DNA of 19,434 nucleotides from a virus (IMGVR_UViG_2778261454_000002:1-19434); one strand, 5' to 3'. Counted from the stretch's first letter, positions 1 to 7,582 are shown. The notes: generated by a model not told the origin, from the sequence alone. Program-made: numbers and translations.

Positions 1-96
1 ATCAACCAAACCAGCGCAATGCCTGAAAAAACTGACGTTCACTGGAGTGGTCGGTTTAGCGTTGCACCAATGCTCGATAGGATGTACCGTTTTTGA
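1..96 (+). pseudogene. dusA: 5' fragment of host tRNA-dihydrouridine synthase A gene, truncated by the prophage junction (window starts inside the ORF)
   Basis: Frame 1 from nt 1 reads INQTSAMPEKTDVHWSGRFSVAPMLD, which matches my recollection of the E. coli DusA N-terminus (...RFSVAPMLDWTDRHCRYF...). After the D codon at 76-78 it diverges (RMYRF) and stops at 94-96. Recalled from memory, not searched. Confidence 0.6.
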
Positions 97-221
97 AAAA
101 CAAGTAGTTATACACTTTGTGGGAGCCTATTGGGAACCCGGTGTTTTCATTTCAAGGTGTAATCCATGCGGGGCATCAGAATGAGATATAATGAGATTTT
201 TAGTGTTCCGCTTGAGAGTCT

Positions 222-758
222 ATGATGCTTACCCTAGACGAGATAGGTCAATCTGTACGTAACAATATCCAGTTGATTATTGATCATGTCGGCTTACCTC
301 TTGCTGTTGGTCCGCTCAGTGATGATGATTACAAGATTCTGTGTGGTGGCTATGGTGAGCTTGAATGGGACTATGCGTTAAGCACCTATGGCAACTCCAG
401 AGAAAAGTATGAGTTCTGCATAAAACTTGTTCAGCAAGGTCGGGTTCAGGGAATACCATCAGGAGCAGCAATTTGTGTTTATGGGGTTGAAGAAAACATC
501 TTTCGTATCCATATGATCGAAAGGTTTTCTAGAGAAGATGAATCTCACCCATTGAAAGGGCGCATGGTTTTACTCACTCTTATGAGTGCTTTTATATTTT
601 GTAAAGCTGTTGAATGTAAAGTTGTCCACATTGTAGAGCCAGTACCAGAACTGGTGCAGTATTACGAGTCTTTTGGTTTCCGCATGGAACAGTGCGGTTA
701 TGTGATGTCTGCAGTCATTGATGAGCTGCAGGATATCTTTCTTAAATTTGCTCAGTAG
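222..758 (+). CDS. Hypothetical protein, possible GNAT-fold acetyltransferase-like; cargo gene
   Basis: 178-aa ORF in opposite orientation to the early-left operon and AT-rich relative to the head genes. C-terminal VVHIVEPVPELVQYYESFGFRM resembles the GNAT beta5-alpha4 motif (..FYEKxGF..). TATAAT-like hexamer near 187-192. Fold call is weak. Confidence 0.5.
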   Translation: MMLTLDEIGQSVRNNIQLIIDHVGLPLAVGPLSDDDYKILCGGYGELEWDYALSTYGNSREKYEFCIKLVQQGRVQGIPSGAAICVYGVEENIFRIHMIERFSREDESHPLKGRMVLLTLMSAFIFCKAVECKVVHIVEPVPELVQYYESFGFRMEQCGYVMSAVIDELQDIFLKFAQ

Positions 759-954
759 GTATAGACGAGAAGGGTCTACAAATTGTAGGATACCCGTCCA
801 GATTACCTTAAAGGTACATCTATGGCAGTCGTTTTGTGCTTAAACTACTAAGAAACGATGTCACCAATCGACATGATCGATTGGCATAAGTTAGCTAAAC
901 AAGCTAGCTTTAAAGAGAGGGTTAGAGACGCCTTTACTGTCTCGGGAGTTTTCT

Positions 955-1128
955 ATGAAAGATCAAAAAGCAACCAAGCAACAGGTTAAGTTCGACACAA
1001 TGAAAGCATTCGCAGGTATGGGTGCTGCTGTTGAAGTTCTGATGAAGGCTGCTCCTAATGCGTTCACTCACGCTACTGTCTCTGGTAAAGAGCAGCAGGG
1101 TAAGCTTCGTCGTCGCAAAGCAGCATGA
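955..1128 (+). CDS. Small hypothetical protein (57 aa, Lys/Ala-rich)
   Basis: ATG preceded by GGAG about 8 nt upstream; ends 20 nt before a strong hairpin with T-run. Below the ORF-track length cutoff. An alternative overlapping small ORF starts near 858 in another frame. Confidence 0.35.
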   Translation: MKDQKATKQQVKFDTMKAFAGMGAAVEVLMKAAPNAFTHATVSGKEQQGKLRRRKAA

Positions 1129-1144
1129 TCATAGCTGGTGCTTT

Positions 1145-1178
1145 TTGAAAACCCGCCTTTAGGCGGGTTTTTTCTTTA
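1145..1178. terminator. Bidirectional rho-independent terminator between convergent genes
   Basis: AAACCCGCC-TTTA-GGCGGGTTT stem-loop followed by TTTTCTTT on the plus strand and by a T-run on the minus strand; sits between the plus ORF ending 1128 and the minus ORF ending 1176. Confidence 0.6.
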
Positions 1179-1457
1179 GTGATGTTCTTTGCCCTTCTGT
1201 TTGCCTGTTCTGACCTGTTCCCACTCGATACGTCCTTCTTCTCGTCTTTTGTCTATGTATTCCGCAAGATCCTGAATATTGATGCAACGTTTTGCTTTTT
1301 GTGATGTGCCGATGCGATATGTTGGAACGGGCAACTTACAAGCGTTTGCTTTTGCTTCTGCCGTGGCTGGACTCATGCCAAAGTACTTTTGGCTAACTGC
1401 TGAGAGTTCAATGTTAGGGGTATTGAATTCAGCCATCAGTAAAAACAAGGTGTTCAT
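1176..1457 (-). CDS. PrtN/AlpA-like small DNA-binding protein (putative excisionase or transcriptional activator)
   Basis: Track ORF 1176..1484; start trimmed to the ATG giving MNTLFLLMAEF..., which has GGAG about 8 nt upstream. Resembles the pyocin-activator PrtN family as recalled. Confidence 0.65.
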   Translation of the reverse strand: MNTLFLLMAEFNTPNIELSAVSQKYFGMSPATAEAKANACKLPVPTYRIGTSQKAKRCINIQDLAEYIDKRREEGRIEWEQVRTGKQKGKEHH

Positions 1458-1493
1458 AATTTTCTCCATCAAAACCGGCTGCACCCGGGAAAA

Positions 1494-2066
1494 TCATAAT
1501 TCTGTGCTGGTGGCAGGAATTAATTTCTGCCAGATAGCGGAAACATATTTTGCCTGATGACGAGCATCAGCCAGGGCGTTGTGCCGTTCGCCATCGAAAG
1601 GCATGTCCATTTTGGGGTCGAATCCGATGAAACGCCCAAGCGTAACGATCGTGCGTACATCGTGGTCATTCCAGTACGCCCACGGGCAGATTTGTCCTGC
1701 TCGCTCGTAAGCTCCACGTAAAATTACGTTGTCGAAGGTGGCCCCGTTACCCCAGACTTTTAAATATTTTGTATTGTCTGCATGCTGATTAATGAAATGG
1801 CTCAGTTCAGATAGGGCAGATGATATCGGCATCGCATCATCAACACAGATTGCTGATCGTGCTTCTGAGCTTTGTCTTAACCACCACAGAATAGTGTCAC
1901 CATCCGGCACCGCTCCCTGCTCCATAGCGCTTTCAAGATTAACAGCGGTGTAAAACTCCTGACCCAGTTCACCGCTTTGCGGATCGAAGAATACGGCACC
2001 AATGGAGACAATAGGGGCATTCGGTTTTTTGCCCATGGACTCAAGGTCGATCATTAAGTTGTTCAC
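1494..2066 (-). CDS. 3'-5' exonuclease, DEDDh/DnaQ-like fold
   Basis: 190 aa. N-terminal MIDLES (D-x-E exo motif), later YWNDHD and C-terminal H..ALADARH motif typical of DEDD exonucleases. Annotated start is GTG; true start may be the ATG 4 codons in. Confidence 0.7.
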   Translation of the reverse strand: MNNLMIDLESMGKKPNAPIVSIGAVFFDPQSGELGQEFYTAVNLESAMEQGAVPDGDTILWWLRQSSEARSAICVDDAMPISSALSELSHFINQHADNTKYLKVWGNGATFDNVILRGAYERAGQICPWAYWNDHDVRTIVTLGRFIGFDPKMDMPFDGERHNALADARHQAKYVSAIWQKLIPATSTEL

Positions 2067-2087
2067 GTTAAATATTCTCCTGTTTGG

Positions 2088-2342
2088 CTATTCAGTAATC
2101 TTGCCGCGACGCATCGCACGTAGGTTTTTCAGGTTTGTTTCCTGCTCTATTTCGGCACATATTTTGCGATACTCATCATGCTCCACTCGTTCAAAATCTT
2201 CGTTAAAGCGTTTGATGCTAATCGTTCTCAGCTCGCCATCATTGCGTTTAATTCGGACCGAGTGATCACTACAGCTATGGATAATTACGGGCCAGTTGCT
2301 ACTGTCCGTGTAGATTTGACCGCGCCGAATCAGGCTAAACAT
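2088..2342 (-). CDS. DUF4222-like small phage protein
   Basis: 84 aa; RRGQIYTDSSNWPVIIHSCSDHSVRIKRNDGELRTISIKRF pattern recalled from lambdoid prophage DUF4222 proteins. Tightly packed in the operon. Confidence 0.6.
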   Translation of the reverse strand: MFSLIRRGQIYTDSSNWPVIIHSCSDHSVRIKRNDGELRTISIKRFNEDFERVEHDEYRKICAEIEQETNLKNLRAMRRGKITE

Positions 2343-2344
2343 TC

Positions 2345-2812
2345 TTATTTTTTCTCCTGCTCTGACTGTTCTTTGATATGCAATCGAGGTTCCCCGTCTT
2401 TCGGCTCAGGCCATTGGCGAACCTTATTTATAGCCAGCTTTTTTATCATTGCCTGGGTAATCTGCTCATCACTGATACCGGCACGACGTTGCGCATCCCA
2501 TAACAGGAATTGCATGTCAGCCCATTCGCTAAGGTCGCCTGGTTCAGCAGCAGCCTCGAGCGCTTCTTTGGAAAGGTGCTTCAGCGGACCAACTGGACCG
2601 ACATCGCCGAAAGTAGCCTGTGACCACGCTGCATGCTCACGGCGTACCAGCTCGCGGGCAATAGCCCCATCAATCACCTTCAATACATCAGCGAGAATGT
2701 AGGCTCTGTTCCCGCCGTTTGAGTATTGGGTATCATGCAGCAGGTGTTCGCGTATCTGGTGCAGGCGATCGAGTGATACAGGACCGTGCGCCGGGTGGTT
2801 GTTAGTTGTCAT
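2345..2812 (-). CDS. DUF550-type dATP/dGTP pyrophosphohydrolase-domain protein
   Basis: 155 aa; GGAGG RBS 8 nt upstream of ATG; sequence matches my memory of lambdoid prophage DUF550 proteins. Confidence 0.65.
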   Translation of the reverse strand: MTTNNHPAHGPVSLDRLHQIREHLLHDTQYSNGGNRAYILADVLKVIDGAIARELVRREHAAWSQATFGDVGPVGPLKHLSKEALEAAAEPGDLSEWADMQFLLWDAQRRAGISDEQITQAMIKKLAINKVRQWPEPKDGEPRLHIKEQSEQEKK

Positions 2813-2825
2813 GGGTTAGTCCTCC

Positions 2826-3134
2826 TTAATCCCATTGCAAAACTGATGCGAAATATGCACCGCGACACGGCGAATCACGAGGATGATGCCAGCCTGAATA
2901 GCCATCCTGACCACCTATTGGGCTAACTTTGTACCAGCACTGATAATAGCGGGCGCTACTTGCAAAATCAGCCGCACCATCCGAGTCGATTACATCTTGG
3001 GACACAGAAGCCTGAATTATTTCCGCTTCCGTATAATCGCCGCGCATAACGATGAATCGCGCATCTTCCGAGCAAAGATAATCACATGAACCGTCATATT
3101 TACCTTTGGCGGTAGGTTTGATTAATTTATCCAT
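2826..3134 (-). CDS. Hypothetical phage protein (Cys-rich, 102 aa)
   Basis: ORF with GGGGGAG RBS upstream; start overlaps the stop of the upstream gene; no family recognised. Confidence 0.5.
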   Translation of the reverse strand: MDKLIKPTAKGKYDGSCDYLCSEDARFIVMRGDYTEAEIIQASVSQDVIDSDGAADFASSARYYQCWYKVSPIGGQDGYSGWHHPRDSPCRGAYFASVLQWD

Positions 3135-3135
3135 C

Positions 3136-3483
3136 TCACTCCCCCTTCACGCCAATGCCAGCGGCTACAAGTTCTGCGGTGTTGGCATCCTGCTGTCGGC
3201 AGTCGCATTCAATCTCAATCGGCTCGCCCCATGGCTGCGTGCCGCCACTATCAGTCATTCCTGTGTCGTTGCATTTCGGGCATGGTTTTTCCTCAAGCGC
3301 ATTCAGCAACATACGGATCTCATGTTGTTGTGCTGCTATCGTTGAGTCTTTGGCTTCCAACTCATCCAGCAGCGCCTCCGCCTCGATGTAAATCACCTGC
3401 CGATCGTGGTCTGCCGGGTCGCTATAGTTGTCCTGCATGAACTGGAATTCTTCACGCAGCGCCTGTTTGTTGAGTGCTGTCAT
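3136..3483 (-). CDS. ead/Ea22-like protein with C-terminal CxxC...CxC zinc-binding motif
   Basis: 115 aa; N-terminal coiled-coil-like segment (ALREEFQFMQ..., EAEALLDELEAK) and PCPKCNDTG...ECDC. Start overlaps the upstream stop (ATGA). Confidence 0.55.
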   Translation of the reverse strand: MTALNKQALREEFQFMQDNYSDPADHDRQVIYIEAEALLDELEAKDSTIAAQQHEIRMLLNALEEKPCPKCNDTGMTDSGGTQPWGEPIEIECDCRQQDANTAELVAAGIGVKGE

Positions 3484-3734
3484 TGGGCTGCTCCTTGTCT
3501 GGCTCTGCTCAAGAGCTGGTTAAACATCATGGTTAGGCTGTTACTGCAACCAAACGGCATATCGTTAATGCGGTATGTTGGAATACCCTTGCGAACACCA
3601 GACTTCACGATCCGACCGGTGCCATAGAGCTGAGATAATGCTCCGGCGACCGCTGGGGTCTTTTTGTTCATACCTTTGGCGATTTCACCGCTGGTGGTAT
3701 TCGGATGAGCCTGGAGATATTCAAATACGGTCAT
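3480..3734 (-). CDS. Small winged-helix/HTH-like protein
   Basis: 84 aa; the SGEIAKGMNKKTPAVAGALSQLYGTGRI segment looks HTH-like; ATGA overlap with the upstream small gene. Confidence 0.5.
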   Translation of the reverse strand: MTVFEYLQAHPNTTSGEIAKGMNKKTPAVAGALSQLYGTGRIVKSGVRKGIPTYRINDMPFGCSNSLTMMFNQLLSRARQGAAQ

Positions 3735-3898
3735 GGCGTTTTATCTTTACGTTCCTGTTCCAGTTGCACCAGAGACTCTTTTAATGCTGCGAACGTAGCG
3801 TCCAGTCTGGTGGCGACTTCGCGCATAAGCGGCGCATGCTTTGGTGGCAATTCAGCAACGGAGGCAAACGCCTCCGCTACGAGTTCTTTTACCTTCAT
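3731..3898 (-). CDS. Small hypothetical protein (55 aa)
   Basis: Not in the ORF track (under 60 aa). ATG overlaps the stop of the HD hydrolase gene and its stop overlaps the next ATG (ATGA at both ends), suggesting translational coupling; predicted MKVKELVAEAFASVAELPPKHAPLMREVATRLDATFAALKESLVQLEQERKDKTP. Confidence 0.35.
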   Translation of the reverse strand: MKVKELVAEAFASVAELPPKHAPLMREVATRLDATFAALKESLVQLEQERKDKTP

Positions 3899-4434
3899 GC
3901 GGCGCATTGGCGCTGCTCCATCAACTCGTTAAAGCGATTGATGAACATGCCGTATGACTGGCCAGGACGAACTGGGTTGATAATGAATAAATCCGTTGGG
4001 ACAACTCCCTCGAGGCATGGCCAAATGGAACCTTCGTCAATCTCAAAATCGCGGCGTTCGCTGGCGAGCATCACCAGATCGGCATATTTCACTGTTGGGT
4101 GTTGCTCCGTCGGTAGGCCAAATTTCTGGCGAATAGCAGCGTCTACGCGAGCTTCGATCACCTGGTAATCCGGTAACAGGCGCTTAAGCGGTGAGGGAAT
4201 ATCTTGCAGGTAGGCTTCGGCGGCATCATGAAGCAGTGCTTCTAAGGCAAACTCCTGCGGAACGAGATGGCTGGTTAAAACGCTATGCTGGCCGACGCTG
4301 TAAAACTCAGGAAGATGCCCTGCAAAGCGGCAGATATGAGACAACGCGGTAGCAATATCCTCGATCACGATATCGTCCTGTTGGATATCGAGGTAATTAA
4401 AATGTTTGCCGGATAATGTCTGAATGTAGCTCAT
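3895..4434 (-). CDS. HD-domain phosphohydrolase (YfbR-like 5'-deoxynucleotidase family)
   Basis: Track ORF 3895..4461 begins at GTG; start trimmed to ATG (MSYIQTL...) with GGAG 6 nt upstream. H..HD motif region ALLHDAAEAYLQDIPSPLK resembles YfbR HDASEVLTGDLPTPVK. Confidence 0.7.
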   Translation of the reverse strand: MSYIQTLSGKHFNYLDIQQDDIVIEDIATALSHICRFAGHLPEFYSVGQHSVLTSHLVPQEFALEALLHDAAEAYLQDIPSPLKRLLPDYQVIEARVDAAIRQKFGLPTEQHPTVKYADLVMLASERRDFEIDEGSIWPCLEGVVPTDLFIINPVRPGQSYGMFINRFNELMEQRQCAA

Positions 4435-4542
4435 GGTTTTCTCCATATTGGCGCGCTGCACCGCGCCATTAAATTAATGAATTGCTGAATTTAGCGTGCA
4501 GCAACCCAACCCATGCTTATGGGGGTAATTGTTGCCTGGTGT

Positions 4543-5460
4543 TTATCGCTTGGCTTCGCCGCCGAGAGAGGTTGTTAATCCGTTAATGAGAGAGATAAGC
4601 TCGCCGGTCATCAGAACAAAGTCAGCGTCGAACCTCTGAGCCGCATCCTCACGGTCGATATCGTCGTTTTGTTCTGTAATCTCATTAGAGAACTTAAGGC
4701 GTTTGATGCTGCCGTCATCGCAAAGAACGAACTGAATGCGCTGTTGCCAGTCGATAGACAGCTTTGTAACTACTTTGCCAGCTTCCAGATGCACATGAAT
4801 TTCGTCACTGACCAGAGTCTGTTTTTTAAAGCGTCCAATACCGCCATCTTCAAGAATAGCTTTCAGTTCGGCTTCATCACCCAGGCCAAAGCCAGCAGGC
4901 GCACTACCGGAACGAACCCATTCGGTCATAGTTAGTTCGATCGGCGTTTCCATAGTCAGCGGTACCACCGGGAGAGAACCGAGAGTTTTACGAAGCAGGG
5001 CCAGTGAGTCTTCGGCACGTTTAGCGCTGGCTGCATCAACCATGATCAGACCGTCGGTGACGTTGATCCACAAACTAACAGTCGAGTTTTTGGAGAACGC
5101 CCGAGGAAGCAGGGAGTGCAACACTTCATCACGCAGCGAATCTTTCTCAGTTTTTTTGAGGCGACGCCCCTGATCGGATTCCAGACGCGACACACGCTTG
5201 CGCAGTTCTTCAGCAATGACAGGAGATGGCAGTATTTTTTCTTCCCGGCGAATAACCAACAACACTTGATTATTGACAGTGTGATGCAAGCGATCTGACA
5301 GCTGACCAAGTGGTGATACCCAACCGGTTTTTGCCATATCCTGGCTACCGCATGGAGTGAAGCGAAATAGTTCAAGCTGCTGTTCCAGCTCTTCCTGGTT
5401 GATGGTGAAATCGCGACTAATGCGATACACCAACATATTTTTGAAAAACGGATTGTTCAT
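4543..5460 (-). CDS. rdgC: Recombination-associated protein RdgC homolog
   Basis: 305 aa, alignable along its full length to E. coli RdgC as recalled ([85 protein letters not shown]). GAGGAA RBS upstream. Confidence 0.85.
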   Translation of the reverse strand: MNNPFFKNMLVYRISRDFTINQEELEQQLELFRFTPCGSQDMAKTGWVSPLGQLSDRLHHTVNNQVLLVIRREEKILPSPVIAEELRKRVSRLESDQGRRLKKTEKDSLRDEVLHSLLPRAFSKNSTVSLWINVTDGLIMVDAASAKRAEDSLALLRKTLGSLPVVPLTMETPIELTMTEWVRSGSAPAGFGLGDEAELKAILEDGGIGRFKKQTLVSDEIHVHLEAGKVVTKLSIDWQQRIQFVLCDDGSIKRLKFSNEITEQNDDIDREDAAQRFDADFVLMTGELISLINGLTTSLGGEAKR

Positions 5461-5772
5461 TCTCGGTTCCTCAACGCCTCTGCACCGGCGCTAAAAAGTT
5501 AGTTTCTCCATACACAACAGAGAAGGGCACCTGCATTGGTCGGCGGCTTGCAGAGACCGCTTTCTTTTTGCCCGGGTGGATTGGGTTATGAGCCCGTCGC
5601 CCGGTGATGCCCTTTTCTGTTGTGCCCTGAAAAAGGCTGGCGGTTACCGGAAATACACGGGAAAACACCGGGCCGCCAGAACAGGGAGTTACTTGTTATT
5701 GCTTTAGCCTGCTTTTAACCACATCAGGCGCGGTGGTATCTTGGTGTTCTCACACAACCAAGAGGGATGTTT

Positions 5773-5970
5773 ATGGGCGCTTTTGATAACCAGGAAATTA
5801 CGTTACCCGCATGCCCTAAGTGCGGCACTAAGACGAAGAAGAAAATCGCTTGGCTCAAGTCGAACAAAAGTTTCACTTGTCGATGTGGAGCTACTATCAA
5901 TGTCAACAGCAGCCAGCTTACTTCCGAAATCAGGAAGGTTGAGGACAAGCTGAAGAAGCTCTTTAAATAG
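5773..5970 (+). CDS. Small zinc-ribbon protein (CPKCG...CRCG), 65 aa
   Basis: Track ORF 5767..5970; ATG at 5773 sits about 7 nt after AGAGGGA; followed by a hairpin with T-run. Overlaps antisense with the 3' half of the minus ORF 5803..6168. Confidence 0.45.
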   Translation: MGAFDNQEITLPACPKCGTKTKKKIAWLKSNKSFTCRCGATINVNSSQLTSEIRKVEDKLKKLFK

Positions 5971-6168
5971 TTTTTTATCGACTGATATTATTTCGTTATC
6001 AGAGGTTGGTTTTTCAGCCTCTGATTTTTTAGTCAGGATCATTTTTTCTACACATGTGACTACGCATTCCGAACAGATGGCAGGTTCGTCCTTACCACCT
6101 TTTGCGACGATCTTTATCGCTCCCAGTTCGGTTGCTCCGCAAAATGAGCATGTGAATAAATGATTCAT
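5803..6168 (-). CDS. ClpX-type C4 zinc-finger small protein; first gene of the leftward operon; 3' extent uncertain
   Basis: ATG at 6168 with GGTGGTAGAGG RBS (track start 6186 is TTG). N-terminal CSFCG...ICSECV resembles the ClpX N-terminal zinc finger. The downstream two-thirds is antisense to the plus ORF and may not be coding. Confidence 0.4.
   Translation of the reverse strand: MNHLFTCSFCGATELGAIKIVAKGGKDEPAICSECVVTCVEKMILTKKSEAEKPTSDNEIISVDKKLFKELLQLVLNLPDFGSKLAAVDIDSSSTSTSETFVRLEPSDFLLRLSAALRACG
5999..6030 (+). terminator. Rho-independent terminator-like hairpin
   Basis: TCAGAGG ... CCTCTGA stem with a 12-nt loop followed by TTTTTT, 29 nt after the stop at 5968-5970. Confidence 0.5.
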
Positions 6169-6279
6169 GTAAACCTCTACCACCAACCTAAGTTTTCTGT
6201 CAGCGAATCATCCGGTTATTCATATGCCACCGGCGGCTACTTCGTGGGCGTCCTGCCTGTTCGTTACTGCAACATCTTT

Positions 6280-6325
6280 AAGTTGTAATCTAGTTGTTGT
6301 TTTGGTTGTTGTCAACAACTTTATG
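6280..6325 (-). promoter_or_regulatory. Candidate pL promoter with OL-like operator palindrome
   Basis: On the minus strand, TTGACA (plus 6310-6315), a 17-nt spacer and TAGATT (plus 6287-6292). The -35 lies inside GTTGTTG-N-CAACAAC (about 6305-6319). Placement right of cI matches lambda pL/OL logic. Confidence 0.4.
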
Positions 6326-6378
6326 TGGTTTTGACGGATGTGAAATGAGGGCAAGGGTTATCAAAAAAGGAGGTTGTA

Positions 6379-6482
6379 TGGACGATGCGCTTTTAATTAC
6401 ACAAGGGACACTTTCCTTCCGTGATTGGAAACTCTCAAATCACGGGAGGAAGATTGAAAAGGCGGGTAATAATGGTAACTAA
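6379..6482 (+). CDS. Possible small peptide (34 aa); low confidence
   Basis: ATG 5 nt after a near-perfect AAGGAGG; contains an 8-bp-stem hairpin (CCGTGATT...AATCACGG, about 6419-6446). Part of the longer TTG-start track ORF 6294..6482. Confidence 0.2.
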
Positions 6483-6509
6483 ATTTCTGAAGGAAGGTTT
6501 TTTGATGCA

Positions 6510-7196
6510 TTACCAAGTGCGCGATGACCAGAATACTCTACCTATAACGTGAATTCTTGAACGCCTATCTTCGAAGGTGAGTATTTCATCTGGATACTCA
6601 TCTTTATTGAAACTTCTTAGAATCAGACCACCGTCAGGTAAATTGATCAATATTTTAACTCTAAGTAATACGCCATCACGTATGGCATAAAGATCCCCAT
6701 CACGAATAGGAACCGTTTGGGAAACATCAACAGCAACAAAATCTCCATTGTTAAGTACAGGTAGTAAACTATTGCCCCAAATTTTTACGATCTTTGCATT
6801 GGAGACACATACACCAGCTTTTCTTAAATCAATCCTTCTTAGCGGGAACCAGTCTACAGTTGATTCAACTATTTCAGCCAAACATCCATTACCCGCTGAT
6901 AACTCGACATCTAGGACTGGAATGTTTGCAAAAATGTCAGGATCTAATGCTGTACTTTCAGCCTCCTTTACAACAAGGTCTGGGAAAGACGCGTTATCCT
7001 CAATGCCCAATTGCAACCACTTTTGAGAAACCCCTAACACTTTAGCAATCTCTTTAATTTTCCGAGGCTGTTGAGTTTCTCCATTCTCGATTTTCGCTAC
7101 GGATTGTTGTGAAAGCCCAATTTTTTCAGCTAGTTGCGCCTGACTCATTCCTGCTTTTTCTCTTTCGCTTTTTAGTCTTTCTGCCAATGTTTTCAC
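6510..7196 (-). CDS. cI: CI-type prophage repressor (N-terminal XRE HTH, C-terminal S24 LexA-like autopeptidase domain)
   Basis: 228 aa; HTH MSQAQLAEKIGLSQQSVAKIENG; C-terminal domain with Ser in IWGNSLLP and Lys in LLRVK. Divergent from cro; GTG start. Confidence 0.9.
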   Translation of the reverse strand: MKTLAERLKSEREKAGMSQAQLAEKIGLSQQSVAKIENGETQQPRKIKEIAKVLGVSQKWLQLGIEDNASFPDLVVKEAESTALDPDIFANIPVLDVELSAGNGCLAEIVESTVDWFPLRRIDLRKAGVCVSNAKIVKIWGNSLLPVLNNGDFVAVDVSQTVPIRDGDLYAIRDGVLLRVKILINLPDGGLILRSFNKDEYPDEILTFEDRRSRIHVIGRVFWSSRTW

Positions 7197-7199
7197 AAC

Positions 7200-7333
7200 A
7201 TATCCCCCTCGTTTTTATTGAGGTTACAACTTTATGTTTTAGCTTTCCAACATCTAAAAGTTGTGATAAAAGTTGTTGTAGTTGTATAATCGAAGTTATC
7301 AACAACTTTACTACTTACAGATAGGAGAAAGCT
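7200..7333. promoter_or_regulatory. OR-like operator cluster with PR (and presumably PRM)
   Basis: Repeated ACAACTTTA / TAAAAGTTGT and GTTGTTG / CAACAAC half-sites at about 7226-7238, 7254-7279 and 7299-7312. Plus-strand TATAAT at about 7285-7290 with TTGTGA about 18 nt upstream; AGGAGA RBS before cro ATG 7334. Confidence 0.6.
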
Positions 7334-7582
7334 ATGACACCTGAGCAATTAGCCTTATCAGAGGCAATCGCTCTGGCTGGTGGTCAATCAGAATTGGCTC
7401 GGAAGCTCACAGCCAGCAGTGGTCGTTTAGTAAAGCAACAACATGTCTGGAACTGGTTGAACAGAGAAAAGCGTCCCCCTGCAAAACTCTCGATATTTAT
7501 TGAAATGACCACTGGCGTATCAAAAGAAAAATTACGTCCAGATATTTTTCAAAAGATTAAAGACTTATCAGATGGAAAGTAA
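7334..7582 (+). CDS. cro: Cro-like HTH regulator (YdaS-like family)
   Basis: 82 aa; first gene rightward of OR, divergent from cI; HTH-like GGQSELARKL; YdaS-family resemblance is from memory. Confidence 0.7.
   Translation: MTPEQLALSEAIALAGGQSELARKLTASSGRLVKQQHVWNWLNREKRPPAKLSIFIEMTTGVSKEKLRPDIFQKIKDLSDGK

Noticed and set aside
1-221. Integrase gene expected next to the att junction
   Set aside because: No integrase-like ORF on either strand in the first 1.2 kb; the minus-strand frames here are broken by stops. Int, if present, must lie outside the window.
1279-2702. Plus-strand ORFs 1279..1557, 2002..2265 and 2178..2702 overlapping the minus-strand early genes
   Set aside because: They are antisense to ORFs with recognisable family features (PrtN-like, exonuclease, DUF550), lack RBSs, and have low-complexity translations.
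5471-5668. Minus-strand 65-aa ORF in the spacer between rdgC and the zinc-finger genes
   Set aside because: No RBS, Arg/Pro-rich improbable translation, and it lies in a GC-rich structured intergenic segment; more likely leader or spacer RNA.
6748-7045. Plus-strand ORFs 6748..7026 and 6794..7045
   Set aside because: Antisense to the well-supported cI gene and initiated at non-ATG codons.
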